From positions 1,188,145 to 1,252,144 of the forward strand of contig CP065002.1 of NCBI GenBank assembly GCA_016700095.1: 64,000 nucleotides of DNA, written 5' to 3'. The notes beneath the pieces were generated by a model. The model was not told the origin of the DNA and ran no database searches. It saw only the letters and a program-made list of their open reading frames with translations. A program made the position numbers and the translations under genes. Shown in pieces: positions 46,091 to 56,321 of the stretch; position 1 is the first letter of the stretch; every line of letters starts with the position of its first letter. The stretch comes from Candidatus Woesebacteria bacterium (lineage in GTDB: Bacteria; Patescibacteriota; Microgenomatia; UBA8517).

Positions 46091-46572
46091 TTTTTCTTTC
46101 TCTCAAGTATTTTCTTTAACTTACCTTTATTGCCAACTTTCTTTTCTTTTTTCAGAGATGCTTTTTCTTTTGACTTTTTTGTTTTTTTGAGCGATGCTTT
46201 TGGGGCTATTATTATGTCATTACTCCATGAGAGCTTAACCAATTTAGCCGCATCTCCTCTTCTAATACCTGCTCCCACAACTTTGGTATAACCACCGATT
46301 CTGTCCTTTAGTGACAGGGCAATGTTTTTTACCAACGCGTCTGTCGTTTTTCTGTCATTACCCAAGTACGCATACAAGCGTCTGCGTGATGCCAAATCGT
46401 CTTTTTTGGCTAAATTAACCAATTTGTCAATATCACCGGTTACTGCTTTCGCTTTAACGACAGTTGTTGTTATTGTACCGTGAATAATCAATGATTTAAT
46501 CAACGACCTAAACAACGCTGTTCGTGAACCGCGATTTCTTGACAGTTTATATCCAAGTTTTCTTTTTTTCAT
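46087..46572 (-). CDS. rplQ: 50S ribosomal protein L17 with a Lys-rich C-terminal extension
   Basis: KLGYKLSRNRGSRTALFRSL is the L17 N-terminus. About 45-aa K-rich tail. Confidence 0.85.
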   Translation of the reverse strand: MKKRKLGYKLSRNRGSRTALFRSLIKSLIIHGTITTTVVKAKAVTGDIDKLVNLAKKDDLASRRRLYAYLGNDRKTTDALVKNIALSLKDRIGGYTKVVGAGIRRGDAAKLVKLSWSNDIIIAPKASLKKTKKSKEKASLKKEKKVGNKGKLKKILERKKK

Positions 46573-46634
46573 GTTATTTAAACTAAAGGCAGGTTCGATG
46601 AAAAACTAACCAAATTCCGATTAAAGGAATTTGG

Positions 46635-47555
46635 TTAGTTTAATATCTCGAGATCTCTTTCTCCCAACGCTACTTCAACAATCTTTACGGATTTCTCGCC
46701 AAGATTCCTCACTTTTACAAGATCGGCTCTCTTTGCGTTAACCAAATCTTCAATTGTGTCATAGCCCGCTTTGATTAAAGCATTTGCTACGCGTGTGGGA
46801 AGACCTACTTCCTCAACCGAAAGATTTCCAATCGGTCCAAGACCGGATTCCTTTTTCTCTTCTTTCTTCTCAACCTTTTTAGGCAATACAATTTGATTGA
46901 AATAATCAATCAAAATTTTTGATGCCGATACTACAGCGTCTTTCGGAGATACCGTACCGTCAGTCCAGACTTCGATTATTAATTTATCATAGTCTGTCAA
47001 TCTTCCGACACGAGTTTCCTCGACTCTATAGTCAACTCTGTTTACTGGTGAAAAAGAAGCGTCCATAGGAATAAGTCCGATTTCTCCCGTCTTTCTTTCT
47101 TCAGCAGGAGAATAACCAACTCCTTTTTCAATTATTAGATCAGCCTCAAGCTTTGCATCTTTATTCAAAACTGCAAGTACCAAGTCCGGATTAGCAATCT
47201 TTACAGATGAATCACATTGAATGTCTTTTGCTTTCACTTCACCAGGTCCTGATACTGAAATTTTTGCCTTCGCAGGTTTGTCACCTTCATACTGAAATCT
47301 TACTTTCTTCAAATTCAAAACAAACTCGACAACATCCTCTTTCATTCCTTTAAGTGTTGAAAACTGATGTTTAACTCCGGAAATTCTTACGGAAGTAACG
47401 ACTGCTCCTGCCATACTGCTAAGAAGGACTCTTCTTAACGAATTACCAAGAGTAGTTCCAAAACCTTGCGCCAAAGGAGAAATGACAAACTTCGAGTAAT
47501 CAACTTTTGTCTCTTCTTCTTTAATTTCAAAAAATGGATCGTTCATATAATTCAC
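46635..47555 (-). CDS. rpoA: DNA-directed RNA polymerase subunit alpha
   Basis: N-terminal dimerisation domain and a C-terminal alphaCTD (LSVEEVGLPTRVANALIKAGYDTIEDL). 306 aa. Confidence 0.9.
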   Translation of the reverse strand: MNYMNDPFFEIKEEETKVDYSKFVISPLAQGFGTTLGNSLRRVLLSSMAGAVVTSVRISGVKHQFSTLKGMKEDVVEFVLNLKKVRFQYEGDKPAKAKISVSGPGEVKAKDIQCDSSVKIANPDLVLAVLNKDAKLEADLIIEKGVGYSPAEERKTGEIGLIPMDASFSPVNRVDYRVEETRVGRLTDYDKLIIEVWTDGTVSPKDAVVSASKILIDYFNQIVLPKKVEKKEEKKESGLGPIGNLSVEEVGLPTRVANALIKAGYDTIEDLVNAKRADLVKVRNLGEKSVKIVEVALGERDLEILN

Positions 47556-47600
47556 CTCCCTTCGTTTACCAATCCGTTTAAGGTATTGGTAAACACTAGT

Positions 47601-48200
47601 TTACCTAGAATAAAACTCAATTATATCTTGTTCAGAAATTGGCTCAATCACATCTTCACGAACCGGCTCTTTTTCAATTTTCCCGACAATCGCTTTTCTT
47701 TTTAACCAATTAGGTATCGTAACATCTTTTTTGTCCAAATAGATTTTTATAGATGGGATTGCAGCCGCTTTAGTTGTTATGCTGACGGTTTCACCAATCC
47801 TTACTTGGTATGATGGAATGTTTACTTTTTTCCCATTCACCAACACGTGCCGGTGAGAAACTAATTGTCTGGCTGCAGGACGAGTTGGCGCGAAACCAAG
47901 CCTGTAAACCACATTGTCGAGTCTTTTTTCCAGTATGGAAAGTAACCTTTCCCCAGTATTTCCTTTTGATTTAATTGCTGTTTGATAATAACCCTTAAAT
48001 TGTTTTTCCAATACTCCATAAATTCTTTTTACCTTTTGTTTTTCTCTCAATTGTTTACCATATTGAGATGACTTTCTAGCTCCTTTTGGTCCATGAACTC
48101 CAGGCAAAACCGCAAGTCGCGTTAGTTTTGCACCCTTAGCAAAAATGTCATACACTTCTCTTCTTGATAATCTATCTTTTGGTCCGTTATATTTTGCCAT
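47601..48200 (-). CDS. rpsD: 30S ribosomal protein S4
   Basis: MAKYNGPKDRLSRREV...S4 domain RLDNVVYRLGFA. Confidence 0.9.
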   Translation of the reverse strand: MAKYNGPKDRLSRREVYDIFAKGAKLTRLAVLPGVHGPKGARKSSQYGKQLREKQKVKRIYGVLEKQFKGYYQTAIKSKGNTGERLLSILEKRLDNVVYRLGFAPTRPAARQLVSHRHVLVNGKKVNIPSYQVRIGETVSITTKAAAIPSIKIYLDKKDVTIPNWLKRKAIVGKIEKEPVREDVIEPISEQDIIEFYSR

Positions 48201-48209
48201 ATATTTTTA

Positions 48210-48578
48210 TTACACTCTCCTCCGTTTGCGTGGTCTTGGACCATTGTGCGGAATCGGTGTTACATCGGAAATTGATGATATTTTCAAACCTGCAGCTCGA
48301 ATCGCTCTCAATGCGGCATCTCGTCCGGGACCAGGCCCTTTAATAAAAACCTCCACTTGTCTTAAATTATATTCTTCCATCGCGCTTTTTACCGCTTTTT
48401 CAACAGCAGACGTAGCGGCAAAAGGTGTGGACTTTCTGGTTCCTTTAAATCCCGATGCCCCCGAAGATCCCCAGACAAAAACTTCCCCTTTTTCGTCGGT
48501 TATCGAAATAAGCGTGTTATTAAAAGACGCCGATATATAAATTCTCCCTGTTTCAACTTGTTTTTTCTGTTTTGCCAT
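48210..48578 (-). CDS. rpsK: 30S ribosomal protein S11
   Basis: [18 protein letters not shown]...[14 protein letters not shown]. Confidence 0.9.
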   Translation of the reverse strand: MAKQKKQVETGRIYISASFNNTLISITDEKGEVFVWGSSGASGFKGTRKSTPFAATSAVEKAVKSAMEEYNLRQVEVFIKGPGPGRDAALRAIRAAGLKISSISDVTPIPHNGPRPRKRRRV

Positions 48579-48581
48579 ATT

Positions 48582-48983
48582 TTATTTATTCTGTGTTTGC
48601 TGAATCTTTGCCAAAGCTTCTTTCCTGAATGCTCCAACAGTCTTTCTTTTTCCTCTTTTTGTACGAGCATTGCTTTTTGTTCGTTGTCCTCGAACCGGTA
48701 AACCCCTTGAATGCCTCATTCCCCGATAACTACCAATAACTTGAAGCCTATTTATATTGCTTCTTACCTGTCGTGCCAGTTCACCTTCGTTGGGATATTT
48801 TTCTATCTCCGATGCAATTTTTGCCACCACATCGGCCGAAATTTCGGAAACTCTTTTTGAACCATCAACCTTCACCGCTTCAAGTATCTTTCTGGACATA
48901 GCCCAACCAATACCTTTAATTTTGGTTAACGCATAATCAACCTTCCAATTATCTTTTAATTCTATACCCGTAATTCTTGTCAT
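48582..48983 (-). CDS. rpsM: 30S ribosomal protein S13
   Basis: MTRITGIEL...GIGWAMSRKIL...SYRGMRHSRGLPVRGQRTK. Confidence 0.9.
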   Translation of the reverse strand: MTRITGIELKDNWKVDYALTKIKGIGWAMSRKILEAVKVDGSKRVSEISADVVAKIASEIEKYPNEGELARQVRSNINRLQVIGSYRGMRHSRGLPVRGQRTKSNARTKRGKRKTVGAFRKEALAKIQQTQNK

Positions 48984-48991
48984 AAATTTAT

Positions 48992-49108
48992 TTACCCCTG
49001 TCGTCTTTTGCGGCGGGGGCTTTTTTTGTTAATCCGATACAGTCTACCACGACGTCTCACTAAAATATCGTCTTTGTTTTGTTTTTTTACTGATGCTTGA
49101 ACTTTCAT
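48992..49108 (-). CDS. rpmJ: 50S ribosomal protein L36 (Cys-less, non-zinc form); not in the ORF track (38 aa)
   Basis: Manual translation [38 protein letters not shown] between infA and rpsM. Matches MKV.ASVKK....I.RR.GR.Y.I...P..KQRQG. Confidence 0.8.
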   Translation of the reverse strand: MKVQASVKKQNKDDILVRRRGRLYRINKKSPRRKRRQG

Positions 49109-49114
49109 TTTGTA

Positions 49115-49333
49115 TTATCTTTTTCCTAATTTATAAACAATTCTTCCTCTTTCTTTGTCATACTTTGTCATTTCGACAATTACTTTATCACCTGGGAAAA
49201 TCCTTACATACCTTCTTCGCATTTTCCCCTTCAATGTCGCCAAAATTATCCTGCCGTCTTTTAGTTCGACTTTGAACATCGTGTTAGGAAGTGCTTCGAG
49301 CACATCTCCTTCAATTTCAGTTGACTCATTCAT
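49115..49333 (-). CDS. infA: Translation initiation factor IF-1
   Basis: [52 protein letters not shown]. Confidence 0.9.
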   Translation of the reverse strand: MNESTEIEGDVLEALPNTMFKVELKDGRIILATLKGKMRRRYVRIFPGDKVIVEMTKYDKERGRIVYKLGKR

Positions 49334-49354
49334 TGGGCGTTTTATACAAGAAAA

Positions 49355-49380
49355 AGGCTAATTTAGACTTAAATTAGCCT
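49355..49380 (-). terminator. Rho-independent terminator-like hairpin (10-bp perfect stem aggctaattt/aaattagcct, 6-nt loop) followed by a U-rich tract on the minus strand, between map and infA
   Basis: Read directly. Minus-strand order is hairpin then TTTTCTTGTA. Confidence 0.45.
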
Positions 49381-49385
49381 TACTT

Positions 49386-50135
49386 TTATACTCTAGTTAA
49401 AACCAGAGGACCGTTTTTGGTTACCGCAACAGTCTCTTCATAAAGCGCTGATATTGTACCATCCTGAGTTGAAATTGTCCACTTGTCAGGCATAAGCTTA
49501 ATCTCATAAGATCCAAAAGCATACATGATTTCTATTGCAATTACCAATCCCTCCAGCAATTCTTCGTCCCGATAGCTTCTTCCAACTACATAACAAGGTA
49601 TCTGTGGATCCTCATGTAATTCCCGACCCACACCATGACCCACAAGCGATCTTACGGGACTATAGCCGGCACCTTCAATGGTACTTTGCAGCGCCCTCGA
49701 AATATCGGAAACGTGATTACCTGGAATAGCCATTCCGATTGCTTTATCCAAAGCTTTTTCGCCGGCAAGTAAGAATTCTTTTGTTGTATTGTCAACACCA
49801 AGCCCTTTACTTACAGACGTATCTGTATGAAAACCTTTATAGTATAGTCCGACATCGACACTCACCACGTCACCTTTTTTGAAAATTACTTCTTTTTTGG
49901 GAATTCCGTGTACGATTCCTTCGTTAACATTAATGCAAGTAGCCCAATGATATCCGGGGACTCTCATAAAAGACGGTTCTCCTCCGGTTTTCTTTATCAA
50001 TTCTCGAGCTTTTTCTTCAATTTCCCACGCAGAAACACCGACGCTGACACATTCGGCAAGTGTGTTTTTAACTCCAGCAAGAAGTTTCCCTCCTTCCTGC
50101 ATTAACTTTATTTCTTGATCTGATTTTATGTGCAT
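49386..50135 (-). CDS. map: Methionine aminopeptidase type I
   Basis: Metal ligands in ...VSVDVGLYYKGFHTD..., ...VGHGVGRELHEDP..., ...AIEIMYA. 249 aa. Confidence 0.9.
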   Translation of the reverse strand: MHIKSDQEIKLMQEGGKLLAGVKNTLAECVSVGVSAWEIEEKARELIKKTGGEPSFMRVPGYHWATCINVNEGIVHGIPKKEVIFKKGDVVSVDVGLYYKGFHTDTSVSKGLGVDNTTKEFLLAGEKALDKAIGMAIPGNHVSDISRALQSTIEGAGYSPVRSLVGHGVGRELHEDPQIPCYVVGRSYRDEELLEGLVIAIEIMYAFGSYEIKLMPDKWTISTQDGTISALYEETVAVTKNGPLVLTRV

Positions 50136-50767
50136 TATTCTTTAAATAAATCCATTATCTCGATCGTAATTTGTTTTATCGGTCTTTCACCATCAACTTC
50201 ACTTAGAATTTGACGTTTTTTAAATTCATCCAGTATTTCTTTGTTTAAGGTATTTGACCACGCCAGACGCTCTCTAATCGCCTCAGGAGTATCGTCTTCT
50301 CTCTGGTCTAGTTCGCCACCACATGCGCAATTATTCTCTAACGGTGGATTTGTCACCAAATTGTAAATTCTGCCGCAGGATTTGCAAATTCTTCTTGCCG
50401 ATAAGCGTCTTATTGATTCGTCTTCCGACACCTTTAGAAATATTACCTTATCAAGTTTCTTGTTTTTTTCAGCCAGCCATACATCTAATGCATTAAGTTG
50501 ACCGATGGTTCTAGGAAAACCGTCAAAAAAGATTCCGTCCCTATTTTTTGCTTTTTGACTTAGGTAATTCAAAGCAAGCGGAATACTTATGTTTTCGGGA
50601 AGAAATGCACCTCTTTCATTTACAATTTTATCTATCTCGGGATCTTCCTCCGCAAGTTTACGTAAATACTTACCCATGTCAAAATAAAACATCTCAAATG
50701 CACTTGCCACTCTCCTTGCTTGCGTACCCTTGCCGGAACCCTGCGGTCCGAGAATTAAAATATTCAT
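50135..50767 (-). CDS. adk: Adenylate kinase (zinc-lid type)
   Basis: P-loop GPQGSGKGTQ. LID Cys4 CKSCGRIYN...CACGGEL. Confidence 0.9.
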   Translation of the reverse strand: MNILILGPQGSGKGTQARRVASAFEMFYFDMGKYLRKLAEEDPEIDKIVNERGAFLPENISIPLALNYLSQKAKNRDGIFFDGFPRTIGQLNALDVWLAEKNKKLDKVIFLKVSEDESIRRLSARRICKSCGRIYNLVTNPPLENNCACGGELDQREDDTPEAIRERLAWSNTLNKEILDEFKKRQILSEVDGERPIKQITIEIMDLFKE

Positions 50768-52047
50768 TAACGGATAAAACTATCGTATTTTTTCATTACC
50801 AGCTGCGCTTCAATTTCGCGAGTCAATTCAAGAACAACCGAAACCACAATTAATATGCCAGTACCACCAATCGCTAAATTATTTGCTCCCCCAAGGCTGT
50901 TTTGAAAAAACGACGGAAGGATTGCAATAAAACCAAGAAAACTAGCGCCAATTAAAGTCGTCCTATTTAGTACACTTCTTAAGTAATTTTCGGTCTGTTT
51001 TCCCGGCCTAATTCCCGGTATAAATCCTCCGTTTTTTTGTAAATTCTCGGCTATTTGTTCCGGATTGAAAACAATCGATGTGTAAAAATACGTAAATCCA
51101 AAAACCAAAAGAAAATAGATGGCATTATAAGAAAATGATTGTGGATTAAATACTTCACCAACTTTTGCAGCCATCAAGGCTACTTTTACATTCGGTACAC
51201 CTGCCAAAAACTGACTAAGAAGCGACGGTAAAAGAACCAAAGAAACAGCAAAGATTATTGGAATAACACCAGCTTGGTTTAGCCTAAGTGGCAAGTAGGA
51301 AGCGTTAATTGCACGCCTTCCGATTTGCCTTGCGTAATTTATCGGAATTTGGCGAACCGCCTCACTCATAAATACAATTAATGCAATAATAAGTGCCGCC
51401 ATAACGACAAAAATAGATGTCGCAAGCATATCCTTTGTATCAATTAAGCTAAATTGCTGAGCAACCGAAACCGGTAGTCGAGCCACAATACCAGCAAAAA
51501 TCAAAAGTGATATACCGTTACTTATACCATACTCGGTAATCAATTCTCCCAACCAAACTGCAAGCATAGCTCCAGCCATCATCGTTGCTACCAATGCAAG
51601 AACCGACAATACTGACAATGTCGTAATAATGCCTTGACTTCTCAAGAGTGTATACATCCCAAATGCCTGCAATGCAGCCAGTGGCACGGTTAAAAATCTA
51701 GTATATTGACCTATTTTTTCTCGACCAAATTCACCTTCTTTGGAAAGCACTTCCAAGCTTGGAATGACATATGTCATTAATTGAAGAATAATCGATGCGT
51801 TTATATAAGGGGTAAGTCCAAGAGCAAGAATTGAAAAATTTGCAAGCGTACCACCCGAAAAAACATCGAGCAATGAAAGGAGAGGGCTTCCTTGAAACAA
51901 TGATTGCAGAGAAGTTCTGTCTATTCCCGCCGCCGGTATGTGGGCAATTAATCTATAAACCGCGAGAATAACAGCCGTAATCGTTAATTTCCGTTTAATG
52001 TCGGGCGATTTGACCGCCTTTATAAAAAATTGAGATATGTTCCTCAT
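50767..52047 (-). CDS. secY: Preprotein translocase subunit SecY
   Basis: 10 TM segments, 426 aa, conserved position after rplO. Confidence 0.9.
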   Translation of the reverse strand: MRNISQFFIKAVKSPDIKRKLTITAVILAVYRLIAHIPAAGIDRTSLQSLFQGSPLLSLLDVFSGGTLANFSILALGLTPYINASIILQLMTYVIPSLEVLSKEGEFGREKIGQYTRFLTVPLAALQAFGMYTLLRSQGIITTLSVLSVLALVATMMAGAMLAVWLGELITEYGISNGISLLIFAGIVARLPVSVAQQFSLIDTKDMLATSIFVVMAALIIALIVFMSEAVRQIPINYARQIGRRAINASYLPLRLNQAGVIPIIFAVSLVLLPSLLSQFLAGVPNVKVALMAAKVGEVFNPQSFSYNAIYFLLVFGFTYFYTSIVFNPEQIAENLQKNGGFIPGIRPGKQTENYLRSVLNRTTLIGASFLGFIAILPSFFQNSLGGANNLAIGGTGILIVVSVVLELTREIEAQLVMKKYDSFIR

Positions 52048-52083
52048 TGCTATATATAAGAAGAATTCTTCTTTACGTTAATC

Positions 52084-52524
52084 TTACTCCAATTCAACTT
52101 TGCCACCGTTTTTCTCTATTAGCTTAGCTGCTTTTTTGGAAATCGGAAGTTTCACCGAGAGTTTTTTCGTTAATCCGGCATTTCCCAAAATCTTGACACC
52201 GTATTTTACAGCATCTTTTTCGGACACAATACTATTTTTAACGAGTGTAGCAATATCGACAATCGTCCCCGTCGGCAACATTTCAAGATATGCAACATTA
52301 ATAATTATTGGATTATTTTTAGATTTAAATTTACCCTTACCTCTTCTTAATGGCAACCTTTTGATAAACGACTTTTTCATCTTCGTTCCTTCAAAAAGAA
52401 TGTGAATCTTGCGTCTGGCTTTTTGTCCCTTGGTCCCTCTACCCGATGTATGACCACCGCGTCCGCTCCCATATCCACGACCCAATCTTTTTCCGACTTT
52501 TACTTTTACTTTAGGTAATTGCAT
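52084..52524 (-). CDS. rplO: 50S ribosomal protein L15
   Basis: GRGYGSGRGGHTSGRGTKGQKAR. Confidence 0.9.
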   Translation of the reverse strand: MQLPKVKVKVGKRLGRGYGSGRGGHTSGRGTKGQKARRKIHILFEGTKMKKSFIKRLPLRRGKGKFKSKNNPIIINVAYLEMLPTGTIVDIATLVKNSIVSEKDAVKYGVKILGNAGLTKKLSVKLPISKKAAKLIEKNGGKVELE

Positions 52525-52525
52525 A

Positions 52526-53008
52526 TTATTTTTTATTCAACATTTTTCTATCGTTTATTTTTCTGATCTTTTTCAGTGCAGCAACAGTAGCATAAACATT
52601 GCTTGCTTGGTTATTCGTACCCAATATTTTTCCTACCGCATCTCTTACACCCGCAGCTTCAAGTACAACTCGCATCGGACCTCCGGCAATTATTCCGCTT
52701 CCCGCAGGTGCCGGTTTAAGTAAAACCCTTGCCGCCGAATATTTTTCTTCTACAGAACAGGGGAGTGTCGTTCCAAGAATCGGCACGTCAAACATATTGC
52801 GTTTTGCCAATTCAACCGATTTCTTAATGACACTTCTTACATCACCGGATTTCGACAATGCAACACCCACTCGACCCTTTTTATCACCAACCACAACCAA
52901 AGCCGTAAACCGCATAGTATTACCACCTTTGGTCTTTTTGGAAACACGTTTAATCTGCACAACAGTCTCCTCGAATTCTTTGTTTTCATTGTAATTATAG
53001 TTTGACAT
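52526..53008 (-). CDS. rpsE: 30S ribosomal protein S5
   Basis: VVQIKRVSKKTKGGNTMRFTALVVVGDKKGRVGV. Directly abuts rplO (no rpmD/L30 between). Confidence 0.9.
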   Translation of the reverse strand: MSNYNYNENKEFEETVVQIKRVSKKTKGGNTMRFTALVVVGDKKGRVGVALSKSGDVRSVIKKSVELAKRNMFDVPILGTTLPCSVEEKYSAARVLLKPAPAGSGIIAGGPMRVVLEAAGVRDAVGKILGTNNQASNVYATVAALKKIRKINDRKMLNKK

Positions 53009-53014
53009 ATTAAA

Positions 53015-53368
53015 TTAAAGCTTCATTCCGCCTTCTCTAAGTGCTTCCGCAAGCGCTTTTACTCGTCCATGATATCTGAATCTCCCTCGGTCAAATGTTA
53101 CAGCAACTATTTTTTTCGTTTTAGCTTTTTTGGCTAAATCCTCACCAACGAGAGTTGAGATTTGCGTTTTTGTTTTCTTAACTTTTAAGGTGTTGGCAAT
53201 TTCAACATCACCAGAGGACAGCAAGGTCTTTCCGTTCACACTATCAACAACCTGAACATAAATATGTTTATTCGTTCTATGCACCACAACTCTAGGTAGT
53301 TTACTAATCATACCTTTGTGACTCTGCTTACGCCTATTTATCAGTTTTAGTTTTTTATCGTGTTTCAT
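53015..53368 (-). CDS. rplR: 50S ribosomal protein L18
   Basis: C-terminal FDRGRFRYHGRVKALAEALREGGMK. Confidence 0.9.
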   Translation of the reverse strand: MKHDKKLKLINRRKQSHKGMISKLPRVVVHRTNKHIYVQVVDSVNGKTLLSSGDVEIANTLKVKKTKTQISTLVGEDLAKKAKTKKIVAVTFDRGRFRYHGRVKALAEALREGGMKL

Positions 53369-53375
53369 ATATTTT

Positions 53376-53924
53376 TTACGCTGATCCTGCCGCTTTTGCG
53401 GTTTTACCTGCTTTTCTTCTTACTTGCTCACCCTTATATCTGATCCCCTTGCCTTTGTACGGTTCGGGCGGTCTAACCATTCTAATATTTGCACTTATTA
53501 GTCCTACTATTTCCTTATCTACACCTTCTACATTTATCTCGGTTTTCTCTACTTTGAAAGATATTCCTTCCGGCGGTTCAATTATAACGGGATGAGAAAA
53601 TCCGACGTTGAGTACCAAGTTTTTTCCAGACAACTCCGCCCTGTAACCCGTGCCGACTAATTCAAGTCTTTTTTCCCAACCTTGCGAAACACCGTGCACC
53701 ATATTAAAAATCAAAGCTCTCAATGTCCCGTACATAGCCCTTATTGCTTTCGCTTCGCTTTGAATGCTTACTATAATTTGATTATTCTCCAATTTGACAT
53801 CCATTTTATCGGGAATAATACGTTCCATAGTACCCCTAATACCCTTGACGGTTATTTTTCTGTTGTTAATTTCTACCGTAACACCTTCGGGTATGTCTAT
53901 CGGCAATTTTCCAATTTTACTCAT
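53376..53924 (-). CDS. rplF: 50S ribosomal protein L6
   Basis: MSKIGKLPIDIPEGVTVEI...two L6 repeats. Confidence 0.9.
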   Translation of the reverse strand: MSKIGKLPIDIPEGVTVEINNRKITVKGIRGTMERIIPDKMDVKLENNQIIVSIQSEAKAIRAMYGTLRALIFNMVHGVSQGWEKRLELVGTGYRAELSGKNLVLNVGFSHPVIIEPPEGISFKVEKTEINVEGVDKEIVGLISANIRMVRPPEPYKGKGIRYKGEQVRRKAGKTAKAAGSA

Positions 53925-53931
53925 ATATTTA

Positions 53932-54354
53932 TTACCAAATTTTAGCGATCACTTCGCCACCAACTCTTAATTTGATTGCATCTTTAGATGATAAAACACC
54001 GTGTGCCGTTGAGAGTATCAACGTCTCGGGTCCACGATGTTTCTCCAAATCATCAACACTCATGTATCTCCTTAAGCCCGGTCTTGAAACTAGTTTCAAT
54101 CCAAAAAGCAGTGGTTCTTTTTTGTGAAATGCCAACGTTACCGTTATTACACCATCGTCGTCAACGACTTCAGTTAAATACCTTTCCTTCTTCAAGGCTT
54201 CGGCAACTGACTTAATGTATTTTGTCTTTGCAACACTTACTTTTTCATTACCGGCAAGTGAAGCATTTTTTATTTGAATCAAGAAATCTCCAATCGGATA
54301 ATTTACATTTCTAAATATTCTTTTAACTGATGTTTGATTTAAACTTTTTTTCAT
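53932..54354 (-). CDS. rpsH: 30S ribosomal protein S8
   Basis: DFLIQIKNA...LSTAHGVLSSKDA...GGEVIAKIW. Confidence 0.9.
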   Translation of the reverse strand: MKKSLNQTSVKRIFRNVNYPIGDFLIQIKNASLAGNEKVSVAKTKYIKSVAEALKKERYLTEVVDDDGVITVTLAFHKKEPLLFGLKLVSRPGLRRYMSVDDLEKHRGPETLILSTAHGVLSSKDAIKLRVGGEVIAKIW

Positions 54355-54363
54355 GTTACTTTT

Positions 54364-54549
54364 CTACCAACTTGCCTTTTTAACTCCAGGAAGCTCACCT
54401 TTATGGGCATGTTCCCTAAAACAAATTCTACAAAGTCCATATCTCCTCATGTACGACCTTGGCCTCCCGCAAAGCTGACACCTATTCCGATACCGCACCT
54501 TAAATTTAAGGTTTTTGGTTTCTCTAATTATTTTCGATGTTTTAGCCAT
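54364..54549 (-). CDS. rpsN: 30S ribosomal protein S14, zinc-binding type Z
   Basis: 61 aa with [23 protein letters not shown] (C-x2-C...C-x2-C). Confidence 0.9.
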   Translation of the reverse strand: MAKTSKIIRETKNLKFKVRYRNRCQLCGRPRSYMRRYGLCRICFREHAHKGELPGVKKASW

Positions 54550-54560
54550 AGTATATTATC

Positions 54561-55103
54561 TCACTCACTCACTTTTTCAAAGGGCATTCCCAAAAGATCA
54601 AGGAGCCTTTTCGACTGAGCTTCGTCTTTGCCGTTTGTAACAACAGTAATCTCAAGACCTCTTCCGCCGGATTTAGCAATATCAATCTCGGGAAAAACCG
54701 AATAATCTCTTATCCCCAAATTGTAATTACCGTGTTGATCAAAACTGGTTACCGATACACCACGAAAATCTCGAAGTCTCGGCAAAACAACTGCTACCAA
54801 TTTCTGGAAAAAATCATACATTCTTTCTTTTCGCAAAGTCACTTTCAATCCCACAGGTGAACCTTCCCGCAAACTGAAACTGGCAACCGACAGTTTCGCA
54901 AGTCTCACAGACGGCGCTTGTCCGGTTATTTCCGCTATATCTTTTTGAACTTGAGCCAATAATTCCTTGTTTTTCGATGCATCGCCTACACCCATATTGA
55001 CAACTATCTTCTCAAGTTTGGGTGTTGCCATACAGTTTTTAATTCCAAATTCCTTCTGCAAAATTGGAACAATTTCTTTGATATATTTTTCTTGTAATTT
55101 CAT
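54561..55103 (-). CDS. rplE: 50S ribosomal protein L5
   Basis: MKLQEKYIKEIVPILQKEFG..., a 180-aa L5. Confidence 0.9.
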   Translation of the reverse strand: MKLQEKYIKEIVPILQKEFGIKNCMATPKLEKIVVNMGVGDASKNKELLAQVQKDIAEITGQAPSVRLAKLSVASFSLREGSPVGLKVTLRKERMYDFFQKLVAVVLPRLRDFRGVSVTSFDQHGNYNLGIRDYSVFPEIDIAKSGGRGLEITVVTNGKDEAQSKRLLDLLGMPFEKVSE

Positions 55104-55105
55104 AG

Positions 55106-55441
55106 TTATTTTTTATCTGATCCTGCAACCAACGCTTGTCCACCTTTTTTAGAGTAGCGTACTTTTTTCCCGTTTATTGTTTTGAACCCGATTTTTGTCA
55201 ATTTTTTAGTTTTCGGACAAATAAGCATGATCTTCGAAACCGGAAGCGGTCTTGGAATCTCGTATATTCCGGCTTTTTGCCCCGAAGACGCACTTTGTCC
55301 TTTTACGTGTTTTTTATAAATATTCACTCCGGCAATTAAAACACTGAATTTTTTAGGGAATACTTTTTCTATTTTCCCTTCTTTACCTTTATCTTTTCCC
55401 GATAATATTTTTACTTTGTCACCAACTTTAAATTTAAACAT
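55106..55441 (-). CDS. rplX: 50S ribosomal protein L24
   Basis: KVGDKVKILSGKDKGKEGKI is the KOW motif. Confidence 0.9.
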   Translation of the reverse strand: MFKFKVGDKVKILSGKDKGKEGKIEKVFPKKFSVLIAGVNIYKKHVKGQSASSGQKAGIYEIPRPLPVSKIMLICPKTKKLTKIGFKTINGKKVRYSKKGGQALVAGSDKK

Positions 55442-55445
55442 ATTT

Positions 55446-55811
55446 TTATACTACTTCGCGGGCAAGTGATGCAATTTTTGTAAAACCGGCATCTTTGACT
55501 TCGCGTGCGACAGGACCCAAAATTCGTGTTCCCTTGGGCATGTTCTGTTTGTCAACAATAACACCGGCATTATCATCAAATCGGACGTAAGTTCCGTCAC
55601 TTCTTTTTATTTCTTTTCTTGTCCTTACGACAAGAACTTTTACTTTTTCTCTATTTGCGACACTTCCATTCGGATCGGCTCCATGAACGACACAATTTAT
55701 AACATCCGCTACAGTTGCGCTTTTACCTATTTTTGTTGAAAAACCGATAACCGATAATTTTTTTGCTCCAGAATTATCGGCAACATTTAGAACCGACCTC
55801 AGTTGTATCAT
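55446..55811 (-). CDS. rplN: 50S ribosomal protein L14
   Basis: [18 protein letters not shown]... Confidence 0.9.
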   Translation of the reverse strand: MIQLRSVLNVADNSGAKKLSVIGFSTKIGKSATVADVINCVVHGADPNGSVANREKVKVLVVRTRKEIKRSDGTYVRFDDNAGVIVDKQNMPKGTRILGPVAREVKDAGFTKIASLAREVV

Positions 55812-56071
55812 TTTTTATCCTCCTTGGTATTTTTTGACTTGTTATTATTAACGATTTCTATAAGCTTCCATTTTTTAAGTTTACTGAAAGGTTTACTTGC
55901 TACAAAAAGTACATTTTGTCCAACGATAGCTCCCATTTCATCATGAACATGATATTTTTTCGTTCTTTTGATTCTTTTCTTGTAAATGGGATGGACCACT
56001 ATACGATCAACAGCAACCGTCGCTGTTTTAGCCATTTTTGTCGATATTACTTTTCCTTTAAATATTTTCAT
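55808..56071 (-). CDS. rpsQ: 30S ribosomal protein S17
   Basis: [27 protein letters not shown]...KYHVHDE. Confidence 0.9.
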   Translation of the reverse strand: MKIFKGKVISTKMAKTATVAVDRIVVHPIYKKRIKRTKKYHVHDEMGAIVGQNVLFVASKPFSKLKKWKLIEIVNNNKSKNTKEDKK

Positions 56072-56072
56072 C

Positions 56073-56318
56073 TTACTTACTTTTTACAGATAGTTCCTCT
56101 TTAACATGTTTTAAACTTTCAACCAACTCTTTCTCGCGAATTATAGTCGAAATCTGGGAAATGTCACGCCTTAGTTCTCTTTTTTTCTTCGGATTGGTAT
56201 TTTTTCCGGATTTCAACTCGACAATTTCTTTCGAGATATTTATTTTTAATTTCACAAGCTCAGCCTTCATCTCCGAAAGACTTTTGCTACGAAATGATTT
56301 TTTCTCTGCTTTATTCAT
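56073..56318 (-). CDS. rpmC: 50S ribosomal protein L29
   Basis: 81-aa helical protein in the conserved slot between rplP and rpsQ (KSLSEMKAELVKLK...). Confidence 0.8.
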   Translation of the reverse strand: MNKAEKKSFRSKSLSEMKAELVKLKINISKEIVELKSGKNTNPKKKRELRRDISQISTIIREKELVESLKHVKEELSVKSK

Positions 56319-56321
56319 ATG

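Noticed and set aside
52599-52994. Plus-strand ORFs antisense to ribosomal protein genes (also 56353..56796, 62258..62707, 58835..59182 and many others)
   Set aside because: They are mirror frames of highly expressed minus-strand genes, Ser/Thr/Pro/Leu-rich with no motifs. Such shadow ORFs are produced by codon bias of the true genes.
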